From: Methanotrichaceae archaeon
GTDB lineage: Archaea > Halobacteriota > Methanosarcinia > Methanotrichales > Methanotrichaceae
DNA length: 16,327 nucleotides
Assembly (NCBI GenBank): GCA_963813075.1
Contig: CAWEXU010000029.1
Location: 1 to 16,327 of the forward strand
Reading direction: 5' to 3'
A model generated the notes under the pieces. It was not told where the DNA came from. It saw only the letters and a program-made list of their open reading frames with translations, and did not search any database. Positions 1 through 7,760 of this stretch are shown piece by piece (position 1 is the stretch's first letter; each line of letters begins with the position of its first letter). A program made the translations under genes and the position numbers.

Positions 1-138
1 ACAGAACATTCTCCAAGGGATCTCTTGCCAGACCCTCTCCGAGTGATCCAGTTCGTTCTGCTCTCTTTTTAAGTATCGTTCCATCCCGGTTTGATCCACT
101 GCACAGGCAGAGCACCTGATTGATAAAGGAGCCAGATA

Positions 139-402
139 ATGAGAGCGATCAGAGAATACTTAAAGCATAAACCATGTCTGAGGGGCCAGATCCTCGATCG
201 GGGCGAACTGAAGCGCGTGGCCCAGGCCTGCGGATTGAGCCCCCAGGAGGCCAGAATGGAGCTGAGACGCTTGGGTTTCATCCTGACCCGGAACAATCAC
301 GGCCTGCCCATCTGGACGATTCCTAAAGCAGATCGGTCGGAGGGCATGGCCAGCAATGAAATGCTCAACCGGGCTTCTAAAAGGGGCAGCCTGACAGGCT
401 AA
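139..402 (+). CDS. Small basic hypothetical protein (87 aa), possibly helix-turn-helix/winged-helix-like
   Basis: ATG139 follows AAGGAG (~127-132); TTTAAGTA at ~68-75 is a possible TATA box. Arg/Lys-rich helical pattern (ELKRVAQACGLSPQEARMELRRLGF). No family recognised. Confidence 0.55.
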   Translation: MRAIREYLKHKPCLRGQILDRGELKRVAQACGLSPQEARMELRRLGFILTRNNHGLPIWTIPKADRSEGMASNEMLNRASKRGSLTG

Positions 403-440
403 CGGAAAATATATGAAGATAAAAAAAAGATAAGAGAGAG

Positions 441-1128
441 CTGAGTGCCATTCCAGTACTTATAGAGCTGAAGGACATCCGTAAGACCTATCTCATCGGC
501 AGGAGCGAATATCCTGTTTTGAAGGGCATAGATCTGGAGATAGAGAATGGGGAGTTCGTGGCCCTGATGGGGCCCTCTGGCAGCGGCAAGTCCACCCTGC
601 TGAACATCATCGGCTGCCTGGACCGGCCCACTAGCGGGCGCTTTTTACTGCTGGGCAATGATATCAGCCGGACGCCGAACGAGGAGCTGGCCAGGATCCG
701 GCGGGAGGAGATGGGCTTCATCTTCCAGACCTTCAACCTCATCGCCAGGATATCGGTCCTGCAGAATGTGGAAAATTCCCATGATGCTGCGCGGAGTCCC
801 CCGCGGGGTGAGACGAGAGAGGGCCATGAAGCTCTTGGAGAGCATAAATGTCGCCCACCGGGCGGACTTCGGCCCCCAGAACATCTCTGGCGGGGAGCGG
901 CAAAGGGTGGCGATAGCCAGAGCTCTTGCCAACGATCCCCAGATCATAATAGCCGATGAGCCTACGGGCAACCTGGACCTCAAGAATAGCGATGAGGTCA
1001 TGAAAATCCTCAACCAATTACATGAGGAGGGCAGAACGATCATCATGGTCACCCACAATCCGGAGATAACTGAGAACTGCAGCCGGGTCATCCGGCTCAG
1101 AGACGGACGAATTTTGGAGAATTGCTAG
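441..1128 (+). pseudogene. ABC transporter ATP-binding protein, LolD/MacB family, frameshifted at 772-775
   Basis: Walker A GPSGSGKST and Q-loop GFIFQTFNL lie in the frame of ORF 519..959. Signature ISGGERQRVAIARA, Walker B IIIADEPTGNLD and H-loop MVTH lie in the frame of ORF 658..1128. Removing one A from GAAAATT (771-777) gives VEIPMMLRG. The first frame is open upstream to ~423 (LIELKDIRKTY), so the start is uncertain (CTG441, or ATG413 if the A8 run is one base too long). Confidence 0.88.
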
Positions 1129-2046
1129 ATGAAGAGAATACTAATCATCATTTTGGCGCTTCTGATAACGGGCCTGGCAGGAGGATATGAGTATCGCATG
1201 CCAGTGAATATCCAGAGCAGTACCACTCCCGCAGTGCTCATGCCCGGGGATGAGGCGATTTTAGCCATTCAGATGCAGAACGGAGCAGCAGCCTACGGAG
1301 CAGGAAAGGATGCAGGGGTCTCAAGCCTCTCCTCAAATGTCCTATTATCCACGCCGATCAATCGCACTCTGCTCCAGGGCACCTCTGAGCTGGAGGTCGT
1401 CGATCCCTATCGCTATGATCTGGGAATGGTCGGCCCGAACGATCAAATCACCGTATTCTATAAGATCCGGGCACAGGAGAACGTGAGCGCCGGCACTACC
1501 CTCCTTGATTTTACGGTTCTGGGGGGCTACGATATGATCACCATCAACCGCAATATTCCGATCAAGGTCGATCCTTCTGCGGTGAGCATGGCCATCATCG
1601 ACTCAACCTCTTCCTCTCTAACCACGACCCCTTCCAAGGCCACCGTCAACCTGAATGTGGCCAACCCCAGGGAGAACACCCTCAACGCCGTGACCATAGT
1701 GCCCTCAGCCCAGGGGATAAGGTTCTCCCCAGAGAGGTACTATATCGGCACTATGGACCCGGATGAGGTCTTCACCATCAGCTTTGGTGTGGAGTACACC
1801 GATCTGGGGAAGACTGCCCGAAATCCCTCCAACGTCAGCTTCGTGGCTGAGTTCAAGAACGGCGATACCTGGCATGAGTCAGTGCCTTACATCGCCACTT
1901 ACACCCCGCCTCTGCAGGCTGACCGGCAGAACAACAATCTCCTGCTCATGGCCATTGGCGCCCTGGTCCTTTTGGCTGCTGGGGGCTACCTCTACCGCAA
2001 AAGGAGGCTCTCGAAGAATGGCGATGGGGGAAAGGGGTCAGCCTGA
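1129..2046 (+). CDS. Secreted, membrane-anchored COG1361/S-layer-like protein associated with the ABC exporter
   Basis: N-terminal signal peptide (MKRILIIILALLITG), beta-rich repeats (DLGMVGPNDQITVFYKI; YIGTMDPDEVFTISF), C-terminal TM helix plus basic tail (YLYRKRR). Abuts the ATPase stop codon. Confidence 0.75.
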   Translation: MKRILIIILALLITGLAGGYEYRMPVNIQSSTTPAVLMPGDEAILAIQMQNGAAAYGAGKDAGVSSLSSNVLLSTPINRTLLQGTSELEVVDPYRYDLGMVGPNDQITVFYKIRAQENVSAGTTLLDFTVLGGYDMITINRNIPIKVDPSAVSMAIIDSTSSSLTTTPSKATVNLNVANPRENTLNAVTIVPSAQGIRFSPERYYIGTMDPDEVFTISFGVEYTDLGKTARNPSNVSFVAEFKNGDTWHESVPYIATYTPPLQADRQNNNLLLMAIGALVLLAAGGYLYRKRRLSKNGDGGKGSA

Positions 2047-2110
2047 GCGATGGTTTTGGTCATATGACAGAAGGATCTGAATTGAGCCTTGGACTTGTTG
2101 GGTGGCGAGA

Positions 2111-3340
2111 ATGAGATTGCAGGATATGCTGGAGTTCATCTCCCTGGGGTTTAAAAGCGATCGCTTCAAGACGCTCATGTCCTCCCTGGGAATAATCATC
2201 GGCGTGCTGGCGATAGTGGTGATGCTCTCCGTGGGGGAGGGGCTATACTCTGGCGTCTCCAGCCAGTTCTCCACCCTGGACCTGGATGTGATCCATGTAA
2301 TTCCAGGCAGCGCTCGCTTTGGCGGGCCGGACGGGGAGCCAGGAAGTCGAAACGCTGCTGAGCCCGCCAAGTTCACTGATAAGGATACCAAGGTTCTGGA
2401 GAACGTGGTGGGGGTTGAGAATGTGGCACCACAGACCGGGGCAAGCGTGGTGATCTCCTTCAGGAACACCAACAGCTCAGGCAGCCTCACCGGAGTGGAC
2501 CCGGACAAAGAGCAGGATCTGAAGGAAAAGGTGGTACAGGGCAGGTGGCTCTCGGGCTCGGATTACCGGTCGATAGTGATAGGCAATGGCATATCCCAGG
2601 AGATGTTTCGCATGAAGGTCACTCCGGGGAACAAGATCCGACTGTACTATCGTGACCAGCCCATGGACTTCACCGTGGTAGGGGTGCTGGAGGAAGAGGA
2701 GGAGTCGGGCTTTGGCGGTGGTATGGGGGACAGCGCTGACAATGCCATGTATGTCACTCATAAAACCATGAAAGAGCTCTTGGACGAGGAGAACTATTAC
2801 TATCAGACCTTTCAGGTCACAGTCTCCGATCCCGATCAGGCGGATTATATAATCGAGAGGATCATGAACGACCTTCGTCGCTACCATAAGGACGAGGCCT
2901 ATGATGCCACCACCGCCCGGGATATGCTCAGCACCCTGATGAGCACCCTCTCCATGATCAAGTACGCCCTGGCGGGAATCGGGGCCATATCCCTGCTGGT
3001 GGGGGGAATCGGTATTGCCAATGTGATGATGCTCACCGTAAAGGAGAGGATCAGGGAGATTGGGACCATGCTCGCCCTGGGGGCGACGGTAGAGGACATT
3101 CGCAGGCAGTATCTGCTGGAGGCAGGGGTCTTAGGGATGGTCTCAAGCCTGGTAGGCATAATCTTAGGGGTGGGAACCTCCTTTCTCATAGGCTCTCTGG
3201 CCGGGCTGCCATCGTCCATAACCCCCGAGTCGATAGTATTGGGCGTCCTGTTCGGCGTCCTAACCACTACCATTGCCGGTTATTATCCGGCGAATAAAGC
3301 GGCAAAGCTCGATCCGATCGAGGCGCTCAGAGCAGAATGA
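2111..3340 (+). CDS. ABC transporter permease, MacB/FtsX (SalY) family
   Basis: SLGIIIGVLAIVVMLSVGEG first TM, large extracellular domain, VGGIGIANVMMLTVKERIREIG motif and terminal AAKLDPIEALRAE. Start is ATG2111 or GTG2102. Confidence 0.93.
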   Translation: MRLQDMLEFISLGFKSDRFKTLMSSLGIIIGVLAIVVMLSVGEGLYSGVSSQFSTLDLDVIHVIPGSARFGGPDGEPGSRNAAEPAKFTDKDTKVLENVVGVENVAPQTGASVVISFRNTNSSGSLTGVDPDKEQDLKEKVVQGRWLSGSDYRSIVIGNGISQEMFRMKVTPGNKIRLYYRDQPMDFTVVGVLEEEEESGFGGGMGDSADNAMYVTHKTMKELLDEENYYYQTFQVTVSDPDQADYIIERIMNDLRRYHKDEAYDATTARDMLSTLMSTLSMIKYALAGIGAISLLVGGIGIANVMMLTVKERIREIGTMLALGATVEDIRRQYLLEAGVLGMVSSLVGIILGVGTSFLIGSLAGLPSSITPESIVLGVLFGVLTTTIAGYYPANKAAKLDPIEALRAE

Positions 3341-3375
3341 GCGCCTCCGAGGCCGATCGATGAGGAGTGGTTGAT

Positions 3376-3708
3376 ATGAAAAATCTGGTGATATATTCGT
3401 TGGCTTTCCTGCTTTTAGGTGCGGGTTGCCTGGCAGCTCCAATGACGCTGGATGGAAACGCGGGCAAAGCGATTCTGGTGGATATGATCAGCACGACAGA
3501 GAATCTGACAGATGCAGGGAATCAGACCATAAACCAGACCGATCTTGAGAATGAAATCCAGGGCCAAGAAAATCTGGATCAGGCCAAAGGCCAGGCCGGT
3601 GGGCTTTGGAGCTGGGGCGGCATTCCCGCAGGCTACTCCCTGAATGAATCGTCAGGAGAGTTGCAGCCCGTTCCCACGGGCGAGGCGGATTGGCTGGTTG
3701 ATATTTAA
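3376..3708 (+). CDS. Small acidic secreted hypothetical protein
   Basis: GAGGAG RBS at ~3362-3367, signal peptide MKNLVIYSLAFLLLGAGCLA, N-x-T/S sequons and a C-terminal LWSWGGIPAGY segment. Confidence 0.7.
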   Translation: MKNLVIYSLAFLLLGAGCLAAPMTLDGNAGKAILVDMISTTENLTDAGNQTINQTDLENEIQGQENLDQAKGQAGGLWSWGGIPAGYSLNESSGELQPVPTGEADWLVDI

Positions 3709-3797
3709 AGAAAAGCAAGGCGCTGGATTCTGATGGAAGGCTTGAAGGCCCTTCAGCGGAACCCACGCAGAAGGTGTTAGACTGGAGACTGAAAGAT

Positions 3798-4583
3798 TCA
3801 ATCCAGCCTCCTGCTCTTTTTCAGGCCGCTCTCCACTGCATCGCGGATGATATAGCCGCCCACGTGCAGCACAGTGTCTCCCAGCTCGTTGTCCCTCTCC
3901 ATAGAGCCGGTGCAGGGATAGGAATGGTGAGCCTCGGATATCCTCTCTCTCAGGTCGGGCTGATCTGGCTCCAGGCCCAGCATCTTCTTGGCCACAAACC
4001 AGGTGGAACCGCAGGGGGCGCTTCGAACGACATTGGCCCCCATGATCACATCCTTTCCCTCTCTGCTGCCCTGAACGGAAAACTCTATCACTGGGTTGCC
4101 AATTCTCGCCTCTTTCAGGAACTGAGCGATGATGGGCTTATTGGGATCGGGGGTGAGAGCGCAAAACGGCTTGGCAAAGGCCGCCTCCATCCCAAGCTCC
4201 GCCGCCTTCTCCTCCACCTGTCTTCTCTGCCCCAAAGGCATCTCCTTCGGAGATTCCGATCCGCCGATGATCGCTTTGACCCCAGCCTCTTTGAACTTGG
4301 GAAGCAGGCCGTAGAGGATATCGGGATGGACATTGATCACTATGACCAGATCAGCCTTCGGTATATTTTGGGGGAGCAAAGGCTCTACATCATCTATGAA
4401 ATCCCCATAAGTCGATGGATCTGGCATCTCCACCAATGCCACAATGTCTTTTGCCAGGTCCGGGGCGACGTTCCGGCATTCGGTGCAGGCATCTGCGCAG
4501 GAGATGCAGAAGCCTGAGAAGTTCACCAGGTTCCCAACCACCCGGCTGCCGAAGTCCCCACTGTAGTATACCGCAAGCTTCAT
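3798..4583 (-). CDS. DUF166 family protein with an N-terminal CxxCxxxCxxC motif
   Basis: Motifs INVHPD, KPFCAL, VRSAPCGST, HHSYPCTGSM and LHVGGY match DUF166 as I recall the family. CISCADACTEC lies near the N-terminus. Confidence 0.8.
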   Translation of the reverse strand: MKLAVYYSGDFGSRVVGNLVNFSGFCISCADACTECRNVAPDLAKDIVALVEMPDPSTYGDFIDDVEPLLPQNIPKADLVIVINVHPDILYGLLPKFKEAGVKAIIGGSESPKEMPLGQRRQVEEKAAELGMEAAFAKPFCALTPDPNKPIIAQFLKEARIGNPVIEFSVQGSREGKDVIMGANVVRSAPCGSTWFVAKKMLGLEPDQPDLRERISEAHHSYPCTGSMERDNELGDTVLHVGGYIIRDAVESGLKKSRRLD

Positions 4584-4602
4584 AAAAACCCCAGGCTGGA
4601 AA

Positions 4603-4622
4603 CTCCGGTCTTTAGGCCGGAG
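4603..4622. repeat. Left subterminal hairpin of the IS200/IS605-type element
   Basis: CTCCGGTC-TTTA-GGCCGGAG, exact direct copy of 4930-4949. Confidence 0.9.
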
Positions 4623-4882
4623 AGGAAAGCCGTACGCTTTCCAGGATTACTTTCGCAATACACTGCAAACATTCTTATTCTCCTAATACCATCTCCACAT
4701 GTTGTTTTCTCAGACCACAAGACACTCTTCGGAGCCAACGGTTCAGTGTGATGACCGAGAGACACACACACTAACTCAGATCGGAATAGGCAGCAATGCC
4801 TAAGCTGAAATGCATTTGAAGCTATGATCTGTTTACGGGCTGCCTCGACCATGAAATGGCTCGACCGATTTTGCAGGTCGGT

Positions 4883-4975
4883 GTCAACCAGCCTATTGTA
4901 GCGGGGAAACATCTTACCTCAGTTACAAGCTCCGGTCTTTAGGCCGGAGTAGTTGACCTTCTCACCATTTCTTTA
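4883..4975 (+). ncRNA. Putative TnpB-type reRNA/omegaRNA scaffold core plus flank-derived guide (5' end unknown)
   Basis: GTCAAC (4883-4888) pairs with GTTGAC (4952-4957), enclosing a TTGTAGC/GTTACAA stem and the right-end hairpin. The overlapping frame reads DHEMARPILQVGVNQPIVAG...VTSSGL*, resembling TnpB C-terminal tails. The guide would be the flank from 4958. Confidence 0.5.
4930..4949. repeat. Right subterminal hairpin of the IS200/IS605-type element
   Basis: CTCCGGTC-TTTA-GGCCGGAG, exact direct copy of 4603-4622. Confidence 0.9.
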
Positions 4976-5736
4976 TCCTTTACGACCTTCCCGTCGATCA
5001 TGCATATGAACTGATCGAGGGGGATATTCTTTCCTGACCTCTTCATTGCCTGCTCCACCAGATTAATGATATGGTAGCAGCAGGGAACTTCCATCCTGAG
5101 GACGGCTATATCCCGGATCTTATTTGAGCTGAGGATCTCCGCCAATTTAGAGATGAAGGGCTCGCTCTGATCCAGCTTCGGGCAGCCGATGAGAACCACC
5201 TTTTTTCGGATGAACTCGGAGATGACGGGACAGGCAAATGCCGAGCAGTCAGCAGCTATCAGCAGGCTGGCGTCCTTGAAGTAGGGGGCATCGGTGTGGG
5301 CCAGTCGCATCTGGATAGGCCAGCTGGAGAGCTGGGAAGAGGAGCCGAGCTTTTCCAGGTGCTGTCCAGGTCCCTTTTCTCTCTCCATCTGCGAAGCCTG
5401 AGGTCGATTAACTGAGAGGTCGCATGGGGCTACTGGACCCGATTCGCCGTCTTGTTTCGCCCTCTTTTCGGTGAGAGCGCTGCCAGCAGCTTTGGATTGT
5501 TGCAGATGCTCCACGGCTGCCTTCTCATCGAATGCTTCTGCATCTCTCCGTTCGATGGTCAGAGCCCCGGTTGGACACTCGCCAATGCATGCCCCCAGGC
5601 CGTCGCAAAACGATTCTCTTACCACCCGCGCTTTGCCGTCCACCATTTCTATCGCTCCCTCTGAGCAAGCGATAACGCAGCTGCCGCAGCCATTGCAGAG
5701 TGACTCATCGATCTTGATGATATTTCTCTTTACCAT
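4939..5736 (-). CDS. 4Fe-4S dicluster (ferredoxin) domain protein with a Cys-containing C-terminal domain, hcp-associated type
   Basis: CNGCGSCVIAC and CDGLGACIGECP cluster motifs; C-terminal WPIQMRL, IAADCSAF, IGCPKLD and MEVPCC. GGGAG RBS precedes ATG5736. The last residues (STTPA*) come from the inserted element. Confidence 0.88.
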   Translation of the reverse strand: MVKRNIIKIDESLCNGCGSCVIACSEGAIEMVDGKARVVRESFCDGLGACIGECPTGALTIERRDAEAFDEKAAVEHLQQSKAAGSALTEKRAKQDGESGPVAPCDLSVNRPQASQMEREKGPGQHLEKLGSSSQLSSWPIQMRLAHTDAPYFKDASLLIAADCSAFACPVISEFIRKKVVLIGCPKLDQSEPFISKLAEILSSNKIRDIAVLRMEVPCCYHIINLVEQAMKRSGKNIPLDQFICMIDGKVVKDKEMVRRSTTPA

Positions 5737-5752
5737 TGCGACTCCCAATCAT

Positions 5753-7063
5753 CTACCCCATCATCTTCTTAATGTCCTCATCCGGAGTGCTGATCAGCCG
5801 GATGTCGTAGCTGTCCACCAGGATCTTTAGCATATCATCATTGATCCATCCGGGGACGATGGGGCCCAACCAGATCCCTTTGATTCCCAATGCCAATAAG
5901 GACCAGAGAATGGCCACCGCCTTCTGCTCCATCCAGCTTATCACCAGTGTCAAGGGCAGGTCATTGACTCCCACGCCGAAGAGATCGGCCAGAGCTCCGG
6001 CCACCTCCAGGGCGACGATGGCATCGTTGCACTGCCCCAGATCGATCAGGCGGGGGATGCCCTCGATATCCCCTAGATCCAGGTCATTGAAGCGGAACTT
6101 GCCGCAGGCTAAGGTGAGGACCACTACATCCTGGGGCAGCTTTTGCACGAACTCCCGGTAGTAGTCGGACTTCTTCAGGGGAGCATCGCAGCCGCCCACT
6201 AAGAAGAACCTCTTGATCTTGCCTTTCTCCACCAGCTCCTTGATCTTGGCGGCATGGGAGAGCAGGACGGAGGTGGAAAAGCCGGTGGTCAGCTCATACT
6301 CTCCCGGAGCGTCTGGGAGCTCCGGCAGCTCTCGGGCTCGAGCGATCACCTCGGAGTAGTCGTATCCATCGATGTGCTTTACCCCCGGCAGGTAGACCGG
6401 CCCGGTGGAGAACATGCGGTCGATGTACTCCTCACGCGGAGGAAGGAAGCAGTTGGAGGTGCCGAATAGGGCCATGGGATACTGGGCGAAGAGCTTCTTT
6501 TGGTCAAACCAGGCTTTGCCCAGGTTGCCTGCCAGGTTCTTGTACTTTCTCAAGCCCGGATAGCCGTGGGCGGGGAGCATTTCGGAGTGGGTGTAGACGA
6601 ATACATCTGTGCCCTCCACCTGCTGCAAGAGCTTATCCAGGGCGTTCATGTCGTGGCCGGTGATAATGATGCCGTGGCCCTTTACCGTTCCCGTCCTCAC
6701 CTTGGTGGGCGTGGGCTCGCCGAACCTCTCGATGTGCGCCCGCTTGAGCAGCTTCATAGTCCTTATATTCATCTCCCCCGCTTTCACCGCTAAATTGAGG
6801 AACTCCCCGGGGTCGAAGTTCACATTGGTCAGGGTGGAGAAAAAGCCCTTCTCTATGAATGCGTCCACCTCGGGATCAGTATAGCCCAGCTCCCGGGCAT
6901 GATAGAGATAGGCGCTGATGCCCTTGATGGCGAAGAGCAGGTTATCCTGCAGCCGGGCGACGATCGGTTCCTTTCCACATACTCCTTTCAGTGTGCAGCC
7001 GGTGCCCCGAGCGGTCTGGGAGCACTGGTAGCAGAACATGTCCAGTTTCTCAGTAGCTGCCAT
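5753..7063 (-). CDS. hcp: Hybrid cluster protein / hydroxylamine reductase, short (class III-like) form
   Basis: N-terminal C-x2-C-x8-C-x5-C ([19 protein letters not shown]), [36 protein letters not shown] and SWMEQKA. 436 aa. Confidence 0.97.
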   Translation of the reverse strand: MAATEKLDMFCYQCSQTARGTGCTLKGVCGKEPIVARLQDNLLFAIKGISAYLYHARELGYTDPEVDAFIEKGFFSTLTNVNFDPGEFLNLAVKAGEMNIRTMKLLKRAHIERFGEPTPTKVRTGTVKGHGIIITGHDMNALDKLLQQVEGTDVFVYTHSEMLPAHGYPGLRKYKNLAGNLGKAWFDQKKLFAQYPMALFGTSNCFLPPREEYIDRMFSTGPVYLPGVKHIDGYDYSEVIARARELPELPDAPGEYELTTGFSTSVLLSHAAKIKELVEKGKIKRFFLVGGCDAPLKKSDYYREFVQKLPQDVVVLTLACGKFRFNDLDLGDIEGIPRLIDLGQCNDAIVALEVAGALADLFGVGVNDLPLTLVISWMEQKAVAILWSLLALGIKGIWLGPIVPGWINDDMLKILVDSYDIRLISTPDEDIKKMMG

Positions 7064-7081
7064 TTTTATTGCCTCACAACC

Positions 7082-7109
7082 AGTATACTATTGATACTAA
7101 AGTATATAA
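7082..7109. promoter_or_regulatory. Divergent promoter region with overlapping inverted repeats (candidate HxlR operator) and a shared TATA box
   Basis: AGTAT-N7-ATACT (7082-7098) overlaps ATACT-AA-AGTAT (7094-7105). TATATAA (7103-7109) reads TTATATA on the minus strand. A further AGTATAC is at 7127-7133. Confidence 0.6.
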
Positions 7110-7134
7110 CCTCGAAAGTTTCCCTGAGTATACC

Positions 7135-7494
7135 ATGCAGGAAGGATGCACAGTAAACCAGACTGTGAAGTATATTGCCAGAAAATGGACCATGCTAATA
7201 CTCTTGGAGCTCTACAAGGGAGAGGGGCACACCAGGCGGTTCTCTGAGTTGAAGGGCTGTCTGGCAGGGATCACCCAGAAGGTTCTATCCGTTCGGCTCA
7301 AGGAATTGGAGCGGGAGGGGCTGGTGGAGAAGAAGATGGACATCGAGGCCTTTCCCCTGAAGAGCGAGTACACCCTCACCGAGAGCGGCCTGGAGATGAT
7401 CGAGGTCATCAAGAGCATAAAGCTGTGGGCCTTGCGCTGGAAGATAAAGAACATCGAGTGCGGCAGCCAGGATTGCGGGCAGTGCGTTCTGTGA
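7135..7494 (+). CDS. HxlR (MarR/DUF24) family winged-helix transcriptional regulator with a Cys-rich C-terminus
   Basis: CTV...KWTMLILLEL...RRFSELK...GITQKVLSVRLKELEREGLV...EYTLTESG pattern; ends in CGSQDCGQC. ATG7135 is ~26 bp from the TATA box, so it is probably leaderless or short-leader. Confidence 0.92.
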   Translation: MQEGCTVNQTVKYIARKWTMLILLELYKGEGHTRRFSELKGCLAGITQKVLSVRLKELEREGLVEKKMDIEAFPLKSEYTLTESGLEMIEVIKSIKLWALRWKIKNIECGSQDCGQCVL

Positions 7495-7565
7495 GCAATA
7501 TAACCGAGGATTATTCTGGCCAGCAAAAAATCTATTACCCTTCTTCGACATATAGCATCATTGAG

Positions 7566-7760
7566 ATGAAGACAAAGGAATTGATTCAAAAGGAGATTGA
7601 GCTCATCCCTGAGCCCTATCTCGAAGAGATACTTGATTTTATTCATTTCTTGAAGGAAAAAGCATCAAAGAAAAGAATGGAGACGGCATTGCTGAGCGAA
7701 TCCGTGTTGGCAAGGGAATGGCTAAGCCCAGAGGAGGATGAAACTTGGAAAGATTTGTAA
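7566..7760 (+). CDS. Putative antitoxin, DUF2281-like (64 aa)
   Basis: IPEPYLEEILDFIHFLK and SESVLAREWLSPEEDETWKDL are typical of antitoxins paired with PemK/MazF toxins. Overlaps the toxin start. Confidence 0.82.
   Translation: MKTKELIQKEIELIPEPYLEEILDFIHFLKEKASKKRMETALLSESVLAREWLSPEEDETWKDL

Larger units (their letters stand above)
4584..4957 (+). mobile_element. Non-autonomous IS200/IS605-family element (374 bp; no intact tnpA/tnpB)
   Basis: An identical imperfect hairpin CTCCGGTCTTTAGGCCGGAG lies near both ends (4603-4622, 4930-4949). Left flank is TTCAT, right end is TAGTTGAC, and there is no target duplication. Excising 4584-4957 restores an ATGA stop/start overlap and the GGTGAG RBS of DUF166. 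Confidence 0.85.

Noticed and set aside
3774..4517. 247-aa plus-strand ORF and other long antisense ORFs (e.g. 12517..13128, 10927..11457, 13238..13747)
   Set aside because: They are shadows of well-supported GC-rich genes on the opposite strand and have no recognisable motifs.
4580..4912. 110-aa minus-strand ORF spanning the insertion element, considered as TnpA or IscB
   Set aside because: It lacks HUH/Tyr, PLMP, RuvC and HNH motifs and runs through structured element ends. Only its last 30 codons (own RBS) are kept as a hypothesis.
4603..4949. 20-bp palindromic direct repeats as a CRISPR array
   Set aside because: Only two copies, 327 bp apart, with no cas genes; better explained as IS200/IS605 end hairpins.
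4700..4957. Canonical HEARO/IscB omegaRNA on the minus strand (starts GTCAACTAC...)
   Set aside because: The start matches because the end structure is self-complementary, but the sequence after GTTGAC does not resemble the HEARO core as I recall it, and the plus strand has a TnpB-like tail. Not excluded without a covariance-model search.
7425..7565. Long N-terminal extension of the antitoxin ORF (and TTG7069 start for HxlR)
   Set aside because: These extensions overlap the neighbouring gene or promoter; family similarity begins at ATG7566 and ATG7135 respectively.
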